DNA of 61,722 nt, the filler included, from Dugesia japonica (Eukaryota), in the NCBI GenBank assembly GCA_001938525.1. It is 5 parts of 5 records of this genome, joined end to end, with 100 filler letters (N's around TTAATTAATTAA, not from the genome) between each part and the next. Parts side by side here need not be neighbours in the genome. Positions count along the whole stretch, not along the records: positions 35,032 to 43,823 come from MQRL01553304.1; positions 43,924 to 61,722 come from MQRL01630841.1; 3 more parts are not named here. One strand, written 5' to 3'. Positions 37,560 to 52,900 of this stretch are shown one piece after another. Below the pieces are notes generated by a model. The model did no database searches. It saw only the letters and a program-made list of their open reading frames with translations, and was not told where the DNA came from. A program made the translations under genes and the position numbers. Numbering within the stretch: position 1 is the first letter of the stretch; the number at the start of each line of letters is the position of its first letter.

Positions 37560-38760
37560 NNNNNNNNNNNNNNNNNNNNNNNNNNNNNNNNNNNNNNNNN
37601 NNNNNNNNNNNNNNNNNNNNNNNNNNNNNNNNNNNNNNNNNNNNNNNNNNNNNNNNNNNNNNNNNNNNNNNNNNNNNNNNNNNNNNNNNNNNNNNNNNNN
37701 NNNNNNNNNNNNNNNNNNNNNNNNNNNNNNNNNNNNNNNNNNNNNNNNNNNNNNNNNNNNNNNNNNNNNAATCATTTTTTTAAACAGATCTATCCAAAGC
37801 GTAATGATAAAACTATAATTCAATTTTTAAGCATGTTTAAATTTCAAATTCAAGTTTTATTTTATGTTACATTTCATAAAATGTTTAATGATATAATGAT
37901 ATATAAAGTATTTTAGTTAATTATTATAGTAATATAAATTGATACATAAATTTAAATTAAATTAATAATTTATTTAATTATAATCACCAAAACATTTTAA
38001 CTATTTACGATTACAATTTTCTGATGTTTATTGCAGAACTTTAAAATTGATTGCATTTTTCAAGTTTTCTTTAAGAATTGTTCAAATCTAAATTGAAAAC
38101 CTTTATCATATACGACATAGAATAATGTTTATTTGGTTTGAGGATAATAATGTATTATAAATCTTATTTATTTCTTGTGAAAATGAATTTTATGAACAAA
38201 AACATACTTCGTCTTTTTTCATATAATAATAAATAAATTTATTTATATTTTATATTAATTTAAATTAATTATTTATCTTATGAATTACATTGAATTAAAT
38301 TGAAGCAAATATAAGGTTATGTCCATTAGTCGTATTTTTTTCTCTTTTAGATAAATCGTTTATTTTTCTGTAAAATTATCAGTAATTGGAATTTATGATT
38401 TTCCATTTATGTTTTATCAAAATTTCTTATAATAGTTGATATTCTCCGCCCTAATGAATTGACCAGTCAAACTGTTTCTACTAAATGTTATCAAACAATC
38501 ATTTTTCAATCACATTTCGTTCAAATATATTTTGTGAAAGTTAAAGATTATTTCTTAATTATGTTTGAATGCTTATTTTAATAATAGAATTGTAGAAATA
38601 AGTTGATAATAATACAATTGAANNNNNNNNNNNNNNNNNNNNNNNNNNNNNNNNNNNNNNNNNNNNNNNNNNNNNNNNNNNNNNNNNNNNNNNNNNNNNN
38701 NNNNNNNNNNNNNNNNNNNNNNNNNNNNNNNNNNNNNNNNNNNNNNNNNNNNNNNNNNNN

Positions 38761-38799
<39 letters not shown>
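38761..38799. repeat. (AAT)n microsatellite next to a gap
   Basis: Direct reading. Confidence 0.9.
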
Positions 38800-39679
38800 C
38801 ATGATGATAGAAATTATTCTATTATGAATAGGATCCAAACCAAATTTTATATGCAATAAATTTGGAAAATAATTTAATAATAAAATACATTTTCATCAAC
38901 ATAAAGAAAGAAACAAAACAAAGAAAAACTTTGAATACAATTTTTATTTTGATGTCCAAATGGTGATAATAAATTTTACGCATTAGCCAAACAAAAATGT
39001 AATTTAAATATCAAATTTTGTTAGATTATATTAAATAATTTAATCGCGAAGAAAACACTTGAAAGTAAATGTTTTTACACTAAATAAATATAAAGCGATA
39101 ATTACAATAATTAGTCTTTTTAAATAAAAGTAAAAGCAACAATCGCGCTTTTCCATGTTTAAATTGTATAATAGCAGTTAGTCCATCTCAGGATTTATTA
39201 TATTGTTTCTAAATAATAAAATTGCAGAAATTACTGTTCTCAAAGAAGATAATTCACAATTTAATACATTTCATTTATTAATAGTTAGTATTAATTATTA
39301 ATTTCGAGGCATGTGATATAGAACAAGAAGACAGTGAAGACAGTGAAGACAGTTCAGAACCAATGAAAACATTGTGTATATAGAAATCATTATGATTTGG
39401 AATTGATATTAAAAGTAATTAAAAAACAAAATTTTATTATATCAGAATATATAAATTACTACGGCGAAGATTCTGATAGTTTTTGTTGGAACAATTTTTT
39501 AATTAGAAAATAAATTAAAAAATGTTTTTAAAACAAATATTTTAGTAAAAAGAAAATTCCTCATCTTTCAGGAGAAACATGATTATGTTATTATTGACAT
39601 ATCTCACCCGAGGAAAGATTTGAGTTATTTGTAGGTTGAAAATTCGTTTTATCTCTCCGAAAAAATGTATTTGGAATCC

Positions 39680-39680
<1 letters not shown>

Positions 39681-39748
<68 letters not shown>

Positions 39749-39798
39749 NNNNNNNNNNNNNNNNNNNNNNNNNNNNNNNNNNNNNNNNNNNNNNNNNN

Positions 39799-39865
<67 letters not shown>
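39681..39865. repeat. (ATT)n microsatellite spanning a gap
   Basis: Direct reading. Confidence 0.95.
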
Positions 39866-39866
<1 letters not shown>

Positions 39867-40371
39867 TTGTGAATTGATTATTTATAAATTTTTTAGATAT
39901 CGATAAGACTTTTAAACTCGAGCCTAATTCTGCCACACTTTATTTAGGTCGATACGTAAAACTAACATGTATTCCACCGGACGGAAATCCAAAACCGAAG
40001 GTAACATTTTTAATAACAAAAGTAATAGCCATTCTGTAATAAAGAAATGTAAAGTTCTTATATATTATTATCAAAAGTATTAAATAAAATAAAATCAATA
40101 ATGTCACTTTTCATATTTTTCTGTGCGGAAACATTATTTCATTTATAACTATTAATTATTTGATCATTTCGTTTTCAACATTATAAAATCTATTATATCA
40201 TTCAAATATAATAAACTAAAGAGAAAATAAATTTACGAAGAATTTTTAAAAGCACTCATTATATAATTTTAAAATAAGTTTATTAATAATATATAAAGAT
40301 AATGATAAAATATCATTTATAAAATATAAATTATAATAAATAAATATATATTATAATAGATATATAATATA

Positions 40372-41458
40372 TTAGGTAGGTGCATAAATTTGTGATGTTA
40401 TTTCAAGACATAAAACATTTTTATTATACAAAGTTTATCAGTTAAAAATTTTACTTCGTGTGTAGTACTTCTTCTCACCTTTAGACAAGCTTTTCCCATT
40501 CCATACTTGAGTTTGAAGCGAAGCATTCATGTAGCTAATATTTTATATCTATGTCCCCTTTTTCAGGAAATTCTCTAAAGAAAATGCAGAAAGTTTCAGA
40601 AGTGATAAAGCAAAATCGGGAGCGTAGAGTGGATGTAGGAGAATCTCTCAATGAAGATTTAGAATATCCGTTTTTTGTTCAGTTAGTAGGGTGCGGCCTA
40701 GTGATGCGTGCAAGACAATGATTTGATGTTTTAGACGCGGTCGTTTGAGTTATATTGCTTCTTTCAGGAGTGCAAACTGTTGACAGAATATTTCAGAATT
40801 GATTGTAATGTTTTGCGGAAGCAGATCGTTATAGATAACATCATGCACATCCCACCAGATACACAACACAGTCATCCACGATGAAGATCTGAATTTTTTG
40901 AAGTGTTGCTTGCTTGTCAGAGATACGCCATTATTTCCTTTGTTTTAAATTAGCACACATGCATCATGATTCACCACGGGTGATTACACGAAACGATTGA
41001 TGTTGCAGTTCAGCAATACGTGGACGGATAAGGAAATAATCGCAAATATTACCTTGTTAAAATTTGCTCTTTTAGGACAAAACGTGTGGCACTCCCAGTT
41101 TCTGCACTATGACCATGAACTTCATATTTTGGACAATTGTTGAGGGACCGTATTTCATTGTTCTAATCAAGTTTCACGTAATTTGATAAGGATTTACATG
41201 GATTAATTCTTTAAGCTAGTCGTCATTCAAGTTGGAAGAACGCCTAGTGTAAGAATTATAACATAGATCAAAGTTGCCCTGCTTAAAGTGTGCATAACAC
41301 TTTTGCATCGTCTTTTGAACAAGATAGTTTTTACCATACACAGTGAAAATATTTTTGGCGGCTTCAATTTCTGTGCAACCGCGGTTGAAATCATAGAGAA
41401 AGAGATGCTGGCAAAGTACTGTTTTTTTTTCATTATGGCACTCAGTCAGATTTGTCAT
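40372..41458 (-). mobile_element. Mariner (Hsmar/SETMAR-like) transposon relic
   Basis: N-terminal HTH HLFLYDFNRGCTEIEAAKNIFTVYG...FKQGNFDL; VLCIWWDVHDVIYNDLLPQNITINSEIFCQQF; LLHPLYAPDFA; TIR-like TTAGGTAGGTGCATAA. Confidence 0.87.
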
Positions 41459-41708
41459 GAAAAATTGTTATATTTCTTTTTACTAGTTTTCTAGAAAAGG
41501 AAAAATCAGTTATATAGTAAACAGGATAACATATGCTACTTGGAGATAATTTTGAACTTTAAATTTCAAAGCAATTTTATTGTTTTACAAAAGCCACAGT
41601 AACCTTTAAACCAATCCCCCTTTGCACGTGAAAAATAAAAATATGTACTTTATAAGGATGGTATGCCTATTATAGAGATTTTAACATAAAAATTGGATTT
41701 ATTGAATC

Positions 41709-42140
<432 letters not shown>

Positions 42141-43147
42141 TCTAACAAAGGATTTTTAAATAATAATATTTTAAATTGGATTTTTAGAATCTTATGCAAG
42201 TTTATAAATCAAATTTGACTTCTTAATTAGAAAGCTGTATGAAAGAAAATATGAAATGAATAAAATATTCCGATTTTTAAAAAAATGACTTATAATAATG
42301 TTTTTTTCCTTTTGACTTTTCATTTATTCTTATTATTTGTTTACTCCATGTTTAAACTTTCCATAAAAATTAAACATAACAATTAAAAACCTTTTATGTA
42401 AATATACTTCAAAAATCTACAAAACTCAAAAATTCATCAAATTGTTGTTTGTCTTTTATTGACTTCTTGGAGTTTTTCTAAATTTGATTAAAATTCTGGC
42501 AGATTATGTTAATCGTTTATCAAGAACCTATCTTTACCAAACTCATTAGGTTTATTAATATGCAACTTGACTTCAAAAAATGTTATTGTTGGCTCCATAA
42601 TAATTTTTTGGATTGTATTTTTCTTTTCAAAGCAATCCACCGCGACAGTCTCTTCTTCTTCCTAACGCTTATCAAAAAGTCGACTATTAATGATTTTTAG
42701 AGCTCATTTTCATTTTTAAAAATTCTTCAAAAACAACATCTTTCCCATCAATTCCGATAGTTCAGCACTTGTTGTTTCGGACTTGCCAAGTTTCAATGAT
42801 TGGAAAATTGTTTTTATAGCAACTAAGAACTAAGATTTTGATGAAGATGTGAAGATTTCATTTCTCTTTTATTTTTTTCTGATTTGTTTCTTCATTGAAT
42901 TTTCTACTGGAGCAATAGTTATATGTTTAATCCATTCTATCGTTTGTTGCTTTGATTGGTTTTATACAAACTAAAAGATTTTAGTTTAAAGAAATATTCT
43001 GAGAAATATCATTTTTAAAATGACATTGGAGTGTTTTGATTTTAGAATTCTTTTTGAAATCATAAGAAAAAGCAATTTTTTTTCTATTTAAAATTTATCG
43101 TGTTCTTTTTTGATTGAAACTATTTTATCTAAACTATTTATATTTAA

Positions 43148-43358
43148 CACGTTGAGTTCCGCAATGTTAAAGAATTTTTACTCCCAGGATCACCCTATTT
43201 CTTCTTTTAATTAACTCAAAATAAAGTCAAAAAATAATATTGCANTGATTTTCATTTTACTTTTAAATTATGTCTTTTAATCGTGAAACACCTATGTACC
43301 ATGCTGTTTTCTAAGTATCTACTTTGAATCATACGTAATTCATACAGCACTCAGCGTG
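43148..43358. mobile_element. piggyBac-type MITE
   Basis: TTAA on both sides; TIR CACGTTGAGTTC / GCACTCAGCGTG (10/12). Confidence 0.75.
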
Positions 43359-43607
43359 TTAAGGATGTGAAACAATGAAATTTGAAATTAAAACAAACAA
43401 ATACAAATATTTTATTTCAAGAGTGAATTTAAATTAAAAGACATAGTATTTGGAAATTTTTGCTTTTAATAATAAAACTTTTATATTAAACCACTAATTT
43501 GTTTAAAAGATGGAAAATGAAAAGTATTTATGAACGTAATTAGATTGTAATTTTTCCTTTGCTGCCAAAAATTAGAATTTAATACTTTATGCAGATCTGT
43601 ATCTTTT

Positions 43608-43700
43608 AGATTTCATTAAACTAAATTAATAGCTTTGATCAAATTAAATTGTTGTTTTATAGATATTCAAATTTCCGACAATTGCTTTCTTCAGGAATAT
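43608..43700 (-). mobile_element. Degenerate inverted arm of the hammerhead-bearing element
   Basis: Reverse complement reads ATTC-CTGAAGA-A-AGC-AATT-GTC-GGAA-AT-TT-GAAT ... TTGATCAAAGCT...TAATGAAATCT; partner arm probably lost at the scaffold end. Confidence 0.65.
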
Positions 43701-43823
43701 GATGATGTTTTGATAGATTTAATCGATATTAGAAAATTGTTACAAAATTATTTATATTCTATTAAAATTTCATTGGCTTTATTTAAATTATAAATTTGAT
43801 TTTAAATTAAATTAAATTTAATC

Positions 43824-43923
43824 NNNNNNNNNNNNNNNNNNNNNNNNNNNNNNNNNNNNNNNNNNNNTTAATTAATTAANNNNNNNNNNNNNNNNNNNNN
43901 NNNNNNNNNNNNNNNNNNNNNNN
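43824..43923. other. Artificial scaffold-concatenation linker
   Basis: N44-TTAATTAATTAA-N44. Confidence 0.97.
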
Positions 43924-46900
43924 TTTCTATTGCATTGAGTATTTTTTAACTCTAAACCTTTGAGTAAATATTAACTTTATTGCATTGAGTAACTTAGTAC
44001 TATATACCTTTGAGTAAATAATAACTATATAGCATTGGTACCTTATATTTATATACCATTGAGTAAATTATAAAATTATCGCATTAAGTAACTTAAAACT
44101 ATATAGCATTGAGTAACGTATAACTATATATCAGTACGTAAACAATAACTTTATAGCACTGAGTAACTTATAACTATATAGCATTGAGGAAATAATTCTT
44201 ATGTAGCATAAAGTAGGTTATAAATATATACTATTGACTTAATAATAATTGTATAGAATTAAGTACCTTATAACTATATTACATTGAGTAAATAACTATA
44301 TAGCATTGAGTAACGTATAATTATATAGCATTGAGTAAATAATAACAAACAAGCATTGAGTAACTTATAGCTATATAGCATTGAGTAACCAATAACTGTA
44401 TAGCATTGAGTAACTTATAACTATATACCATTGAGTAAATAATAACAATATAGATTGAGTTACTTATAACTATATACTTTTAAGAAAAAATAACTATATT
44501 GCGTTGAGTAATTTATAACTATAAAACATTGAGTAAATAATACCTATTTAGCATTGATGAACTTATACCTATATACCTTTAAGAAATTATAACTATATAG
44601 CATTGAATAACTTATAACTATAATCATTGAGTAAATAATAACTATATAGCACTGAGTAACTTATAACTATTTATCATTGAGAAAAAAACAACTATATACC
44701 ATTGCGTAACTTATAGCTATATACCATTCAGTATAAAATAACTATATATAACATAAAGAACGTTATAACTTTAAACCATAGAATAAATAATAAATATAAA
44801 GAATTAAGTAACTTATAACTATATAACACTGAGTAAATAACTATATAGCATTGAGAAACTTTTTATTGTAAATCAATGAGTATATAATAACTATATAGCA
44901 TTGAGTAACTTATAACTATATTTACGATTAAGTAAATAATAACTCTATAGAACCGAGTAACTAATTACTATGAAGAATTGAGTTAATAATAATTGTATAT
45001 AGCATAAAGTACGTTATAACTATAAACCATTGAGTATATAATAATTATATAAAATTAAGTAACTTATAACTATATTACATTGAGTAAATAACTATATAGC
45101 ACTGAGTAACTTATAATTATATAGCATTGAGTAAATAATAACTAATTGGCATTAAGTAACTTTTAACTATATAGCAATGAGTTACTTATAACTATATAGC
45201 ATTGAATAACTTATAACTATATACCATTGAGTAAATAATAACTATATAGCATTGAGTAACTTAGAACTATATACATAAGAGTAAATAACAACTATATAGC
45301 ATTGAGTAACTAATAACTATATGTCATTAAGTAACTTATAACTATAAAACATTGAGTAATTTATAACTATATAGCATTGAGTAACTTATAATTATATGCC
45401 ATTAAGTAAATAATAACTATTAAGCACCGAGTAAGTTACTCAACGCTCTATAGTTATTATTAACTCAATGGTATATAGTTATAAGTTACTCAAATCTAAA
45501 TATTAATTATTTACTCAATGGTTAATAGTTATACGTTACTTAATGCGATATCGTTATTATTTACTTAATGGTATATAGTAAGACGTTACTCTATGCTATA
45601 AAGTTATTATTTACTCAATGGTATACAGTTATAAGTTACTCAATGCTTTAAAGTTATTATTTACTCAAATGTATATAGTTATAAGTTACTTAATGCTATA
45701 TAGTTATTATTTATTCAATGGTAAATATTTATAAGTTACTTAATGCGATATATTTATTATTTACTCAATGGTATATAGTTATATGTTACTCAATGATATA
45801 TAGTTATTATTTACTCAATGGCATGTAGTTATAATTTACCTAATGCTTTATAGTTATTCTTCACTCAATGGCATTAAGTTATAAGTTACTTATTGCTTTT
45901 TAGTTATTATTTACTCAATGGTATATAGTTATATACTTATATAGTTAAATAACTATATAAGTATAAGTTACTCAATGCTTTATATTTATTATTTACTCAA
46001 TGGTTTATAGTTATATACTTATATAGTTATACTAGTATATAGTTATAAGTTACTCAATGCTTATCAGTTATTTTTTACTTAATGCTATATAGTTATTACT
46101 TACTCAATGCTATATAGTTATAATTTACTTAATGCTTTATAGTTATAAGGATCTTAAATACTATATAGTTATTATTTACTCAATGGTATATAGTTATAAG
46201 TTACTCAATGATTAACAATTATTATTTACTCAATGCTATATAGTTATTATTTACTTAATCCTATATACTTATAAGTTAAGCAATGCTATATTGTTATAAC
46301 TTACTCAATGCTTTACAGTTATTATTTACTCAATGCTATATAGTTATACGTTTCTCAAGGTTATATTTTTATTATTTACTCAATAGTATATATCTATACG
46401 TTACTCAATGCTATATCGTTGTTATTTACTCAATGCTATATAGTTATACTTTACTCAATGATCTTTAGTTATTATTTACTCAATGCTATATAATTATAAT
46501 TTATTCATTGCTATATACTTATAAGATACTTTATGCTATATAATTATTATTTACTCAATGGTATATATATATAAGTTAATCAATGCTATATAGTTTTGAT
46601 TTACTTAATGCTATATAGTTATAATTTACTCAACGCTATAAAGTTATTATTTACTCAATGGTATATAGTTATAAGTTACTCAATTCTTTATAGTTATTAT
46701 TTGCTCAAAAGTATATAGTTATTAGTTACTCAATGCTATATAGTTATTATTTACTCAATGGTATATAGTTATAAACTAGTCAATGCTATATAATTATTAT
46801 TTTCCCAATTGTATATAGTTATAAGTTAGTCAATGCTATATAGTTATTATTTACTCAATGGTATATAGATATAAGTTACTTAATGCCATATAGTTATTAT

Positions 46901-49900
46901 TCACTCAATAATATATAGTTCTAAGTTACTCAAGGCTTAAGAGTTATCATTTACTCAATATTATATAGTTCTATACTTCTATAGTTATATAAGTATATAG
47001 ATAAAAGATACTCAATGATATATAGTTATTATTACTTAATGGTTTAAAGTTATAAGCGTCTAAAGTTTTTATAGTTTTTATTAACTCAATGGTAAAAAGT
47101 TATTATTTACGCAATGCTATACGTTATTATAAACTCAATGATCTATTGTTATACGTTACTCAATGCTATTAATCTATTAATTAATAAATGCTTTATACTT
47201 ATTATTTACTCCATGGTTTATAATTATATACTAATATAGTTATACTAGTATATAGTTATAAGTTACTTAATGTATATATAGTTATAAGTTACTCAATGCT
47301 TTATAGTTATTACTTACTCACTGCTATTTAGTTATTATTTACTCAATGCTATATAGTTATAAGTTAATCAATGCTTTAAAGTTATAATTTACTCAATGCT
47401 ATAAATTTTTAGGTTACTCAACTCTATATAGTTATTAAGTACTCAACAGTATATAGTTATAAGTTACTCAATGCTATATCGTTATAAGTTACTCAATATA
47501 ATAAAGATATTTTTTACTCAATGCTATACAGTTATTATTTACTCAATGATATATAGTTATACGTTTCTCAATGCTTATAAGTTATTATTTACTTAATGCT
47601 ATATAATTATTATTTACTCATTGCTATACAGTTATAGGGTACTTTATGCTATATAGTTATTATTTACTAAAGAGGTATATAGTTATACGTTCCTTAATGC
47701 TATATAGTCATACGTTACTCAATGCTATATAGTTATCATTTGCTCAATGGTATATAGTTATAAGTTACTCAATGCTATTTAGTCATTATGTACTCAACGG
47801 AATATAGTTTTAAGTTACTCAACGCTATATAGTTATTATGTATTCAATAGTTTATAGTTATTATTTACTCAATGCTATATAGTTATAATTTACTCAATGC
47901 TATATAGTTATAAGTTACTCAATGCTATATAGTTTTTATTTACTCAATGGTTTATAGTTATAATTTACTCAATCCTATATAGTTATAAGTTACTTGATGC
48001 TATATAGTTATAAGTTACTCAATGGTAAATAGTTATTATATACTTAATAGTATATGGTTAAAGTTACTTAACGCTATATAATTAATTTTTTCTCAATAGT
48101 GTATAGTTATAAGGTACTAAATGCTTTAAAGTTATTATTGTCTCAATGGTATAAAGATTTTAGTTACTCAATGCTATATATTTATTGTTTTCTCATTAAT
48201 ATACAGTTATAAGGTTTTTTTTATATAGTTATTAGTTACTCAATGGTATATAATTATTATTTACTCAATGGTGTATAGTTATAACCTACTCAATGCTATT
48301 AGGTCATTATTTACTCATTGGTATATAGTTTAAAGTTACTCAATGCTATATAATTATCATTTGCGCCATAGTATAGATTATACGTTACTCAATGCTATTT
48401 AGTCAATATTTACTCAATGGTATATAGTTATATACTTATATAGTTATATAAGTATATAGTAAAAGGTTACTCAAAGCTATATAGCGATTATTTACTTAAT
48501 GCTATATAGTTATAATTTACTTAATGCTATATAGTTATAAGTTACGTTATGCTTTTTAGTTATAAGTAACTTAATCCTATATAGTTATAAGTTTCTAAAT
48601 GCTATAAACCTTTATTTTACTCAATGGTATGTAGCTATACGTTACTCAATGCTTTATAATTATTATTCACTCAATGATATTTAGTTATAAGTGACTTAAT
48701 GCTATATAGTTATTATTTACTCAATAGTATATAGTTGTAATATACTTAATTCGATATAGTTATTACTTACTCAATGGTATATAGTTCTATACTTATATAG
48801 TTATATAAGTATATAGTAAAAGGTTACTCAAAGCTATATAGCGATTATTTACTTAATGCTANNNNNNNNNNNNNNNNNNNNNNNNNNNNNNNNNNNNNNN
48901 NNNNNNNNNNNNNNNNNNNNNNNNNNNNNNNNNNNNNNNNNNNNNNNNNNNNNNNNNNNNNNNNNNNNNNNNNNNNNNNNNNNNNNNNNNNNNNNNNNNN
49001 NNNTATAATTATTATTCACCCAATGATATTTAGTTATAAAAGACTTAATGCTATATAGTTATTATTTACTCAATGGTATATAGTTGTAATATACTTAATT
49101 CGATATAGTTATTACTTACTCAATGGTATATAGTTATAATTTACTCAATGCTATATAGTTATTATTCACTCAATGGTATATAGTTATAAGTTACTCAATG
49201 CTTTATAGTTATCATTTGCCCAATGGTATAAAGTTATAAGTTACTCAATGCTATTAAGTCATTATTTACTAAATGGTATATATTTATAAGTTACTTAATG
49301 CTATATAGTTATTATTTACTCAATGTTATATAGTTATACGTTAATCAATGATATATATTTATTATTCACTTAATGGTATTTAGTTATAAGTTAATCAATG
49401 CTATATAGTTATTATTTACTTAATGCTATATAGTTATAATTTACTTATTGCTATATAGTTATAAGTTACTTTATGCTTTTAAGTTATAAGTTACTTAATC
49501 CTATATAGTTATACGTTTCTTAATGCTATAAACATTTATTATACTCAATGGTATGTAGTTATAAGTTACTCAATGCTTTATAATTATTATTCACGCAATG
49601 GTATATAGTTATAAGTTACTCAATGCTATACAAATATTATTTATTCAATGGTCTATCATTATATGTTAATCAGTGCTATATAGTTATTATTTACTTAATG
49701 GTCTATTATTTTAGGTTACTCAATGCTATATTGTTATTATCTTTTCAATAATATATAGTTCTAAGTGTCTTATAAGCTATATAGCTTTTATTTACTCAAT
49801 TGTTTATAGTTATAAGTTACTCAATCCTCTATCGTTATAAGGTAGTCAATGCTATATAGTTATCATTTACTCAATGTTATATAGTTATACGTTAATCAAT

Positions 49901-52900
49901 GATATATTTATTATTCACTGAATGGTTTTTAGTTATAAGTTAATCAATGCTATATAGTTAATGTTTACTCAATGTTATATAGTTATAAGTTACTCAATGC
50001 TTTATGGTTATTATTTACTTAATGCTATATAGTTATATACTTATATAGTTATATAAGTATAAAGTTATAAGTTATTCATTGCTATATAGTTATTATTTAC
50101 TCAATGCTCCATAGTTATAATTTGCTTAATGCTATATAGTTATAAGTAACTCAATTCTATATAGTTATAAGTTACCTAATGCTTTTAAGTTATTTTTACT
50201 CAATGGCATATATATAAGTGTCCTAATGCTATATAGTTTTCATTTACCTAATGTTTTGTAGTTATACGTTACTCAATGCTTTAAAGTTATTATTAACTCA
50301 ATGGTATATAGGTTTAGGTTCTCAATGCTATATAGCTATAAGTTACTCAATGCTTTGTAGTAATAAGTTACTCAATCCTATAAAGTTATAAGTTACTAAT
50401 TGCTCTATAGTTTTCATTTACTCAATGGTATACAGTTATTAGTTACTCAATGCTATATAATTATTATTAACTCAATGCTATAAAGTTAAAAGATAGTCAA
50501 CGCTTTATAATTATTATATACTAAATGGTTTATAGTTTTAAGTTATTTAAAGCTTTATAATAATTATGAACTCAATGGTATATAGTTATATACTTATATA
50601 ATTATATAACTATATAGTTATCCGTTACTCAATGCTATATAGTTATAATTTACAAAATGCTATATAGTTATAAGTTACTCAATGCCATTTAGTAATTATT
50701 TTCTCAATGGCGTATAGTTATAAGTTTCCTAATGCTATAAAAATTTATTTACCTAATGTTTTCTAGTTATACGTTACTCAATGCTATATAGTTATTATTC
50801 ACTTAATGGTATATGGTTATAGGTTTTCAATGCTATATAGTTATAAGATCCTCAATCTAATATAGTTATTATTTACTCATTGGTATATAGTTAAACGTTC
50901 CTCAATGCTGTGTAGTCATAAGTTACTCAACGCTATATAATTATACGTTACTCAATGCTATATAATTATAACTTACTCAATTCTATATAATGATTATTTT
51001 CTCAATGGTATATAGTTATAAGGTACTAATTGCAATATAGTTATTGTTAACTCAATAGTTTACAGTTATTAGTTACTTAAGGCTATATAGTTATAATTTT
51101 TTCAATAGTATACAGTTATAACTTACTCAATGCTTTATAGTTATTACTTACTCAATAGTATATAGTTATAAGTTTCTCAATGCTATATAGTTATCATTTG
51201 CTCAATGCTAGAAAGTTATTATTTACTCAATGCTATATAGTAATGAGTAACTCAACGGTCTATAGTTATGTGTACCTAATCGTATATAGTTTTAAGTTTC
51301 TCAACGCTAAACAATTATTCTTTACTAAATGGTATATAGTTATAAGTCTCCAATGCTTTATAGTTATAACTTACTCAATTCTACATAGTTATTATTTACT
51401 TAATGGTGATTAGTGATAATTTACTCAATGCTATATAGTTATAAGTTACTCAATGGTTTAAACTTATAAGTTACTCAATGCTATACAGTTATTATATACT
51501 CAATAATATATAGTTATACGTTAATCAATGCTATTTAGTTATTATTAACTCAATGCTATGTAATTATTATTTACTCAATGATATATACTTAAAAGATACA
51601 TAATGCTATATAATTATTATTTACTCACTATTATTAAATTAAACATTACTCAATGCTATATAGTAATTATGTACTCAATAGTATATAGTTATAAGTTACC
51701 TAATACTTTAAAGTTATCATTTACTCAATGCTATATAGTTAATCTTTACTCAAGTGTATATAATTCTAAGTTTCTCAATGCTATATAGATACCATTTACA
51801 CAATGGTATATAGTTATACGTTACTCAATGCTATATAGTTATTACGTTTTCAATGGTATATAGTTATAACTTACTTAATGCTATATAATTATTATTTACT
51901 CAATGGTATATAGTTATTAATAACTGAATGCTATATCGTTGTTATTTAATCAATGCAATAAAGTAATAATTTACTCAATGCTATATGGTTAATATTTACT
52001 CAATGGTATATAGTTATAATTTACTTAATGGTATATAGTTATTATTTACCTAATGGTATATAGTTATAAGTTACTCAATGCTATATAGTTATCATTTGCT
52101 CAATGCTATATGTTTATTATTTCCTCAATGCTGTATAGTTATAAGTAACTCAACGGTCTATAGTTATTATGTACTCAATCGTATATAGTTTAAAGTTACT
52201 CAACGCTAAATACTTATTATTTACTAAATTGTATATAGTTATAAGTTCCTCAATGATATATAGTTATACGTTATTCAATGCTATATAGTTAGAATTCACT
52301 CAATAGTATATAGTTATAAGTTATTCAATTCTTTATAGTTATTATTTACTCAATGGTTAATAGTTATGTACTTATATAGTTATATAAGTATATAGTTTTA
52401 ATTTACTTAATGCTATATAGCTATTATTTACTTAATGCTATATAGTCATAATTTACTTAATGCTATATAGTTAGAAGATAATCAATGCTTTATAGTTATA
52501 AGTTACTCAATCCTTTATAAGTTTAAGTTACTCAATGCTATATAGTTATACGTTACTTAATCGTATATGGTTATAAGTGTCTTATTTCATAATAGTTTTT
52601 ATTTACTCAATGTTATAAAGGTATAAGTTACTCAATGCTATATAGTTATTATTTACTCAATGCTTTATCGTTAATTATTACGCAATGGTATATAGTTATA
52701 CGTTACTCAATGCTATATAAATATAAGTGAGTCAGTCCTTTATAATTATTTTTTTTCAATAGTATATATTAATAAGTTACTCAATGCTATATAGTTATTA
52801 TTTACTCAATGGTATGTAGTTATTAGTTCCTCAAAGCTATATAGTTATAATTTCTTCAATGGTATATAGTTTGTAGTTACTTAATGCTATATTCTTATTA

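Noticed and set aside
39310-39640. Possible piggyBac transposase N-terminal relic (acidic EDSEDSEDS, SPEERFELF)
   Set aside because: Too short and degenerate; no TIR or catalytic motifs found.
37452-39936. Poly-I/N/L/Y ORFs
   Set aside because: Translations of (AAT)n microsatellites and N gaps.
46283-51788. Short ORFs within the satellite (46283, 51180, 51603)
   Set aside because: Chance stop-free frames of the repeat.
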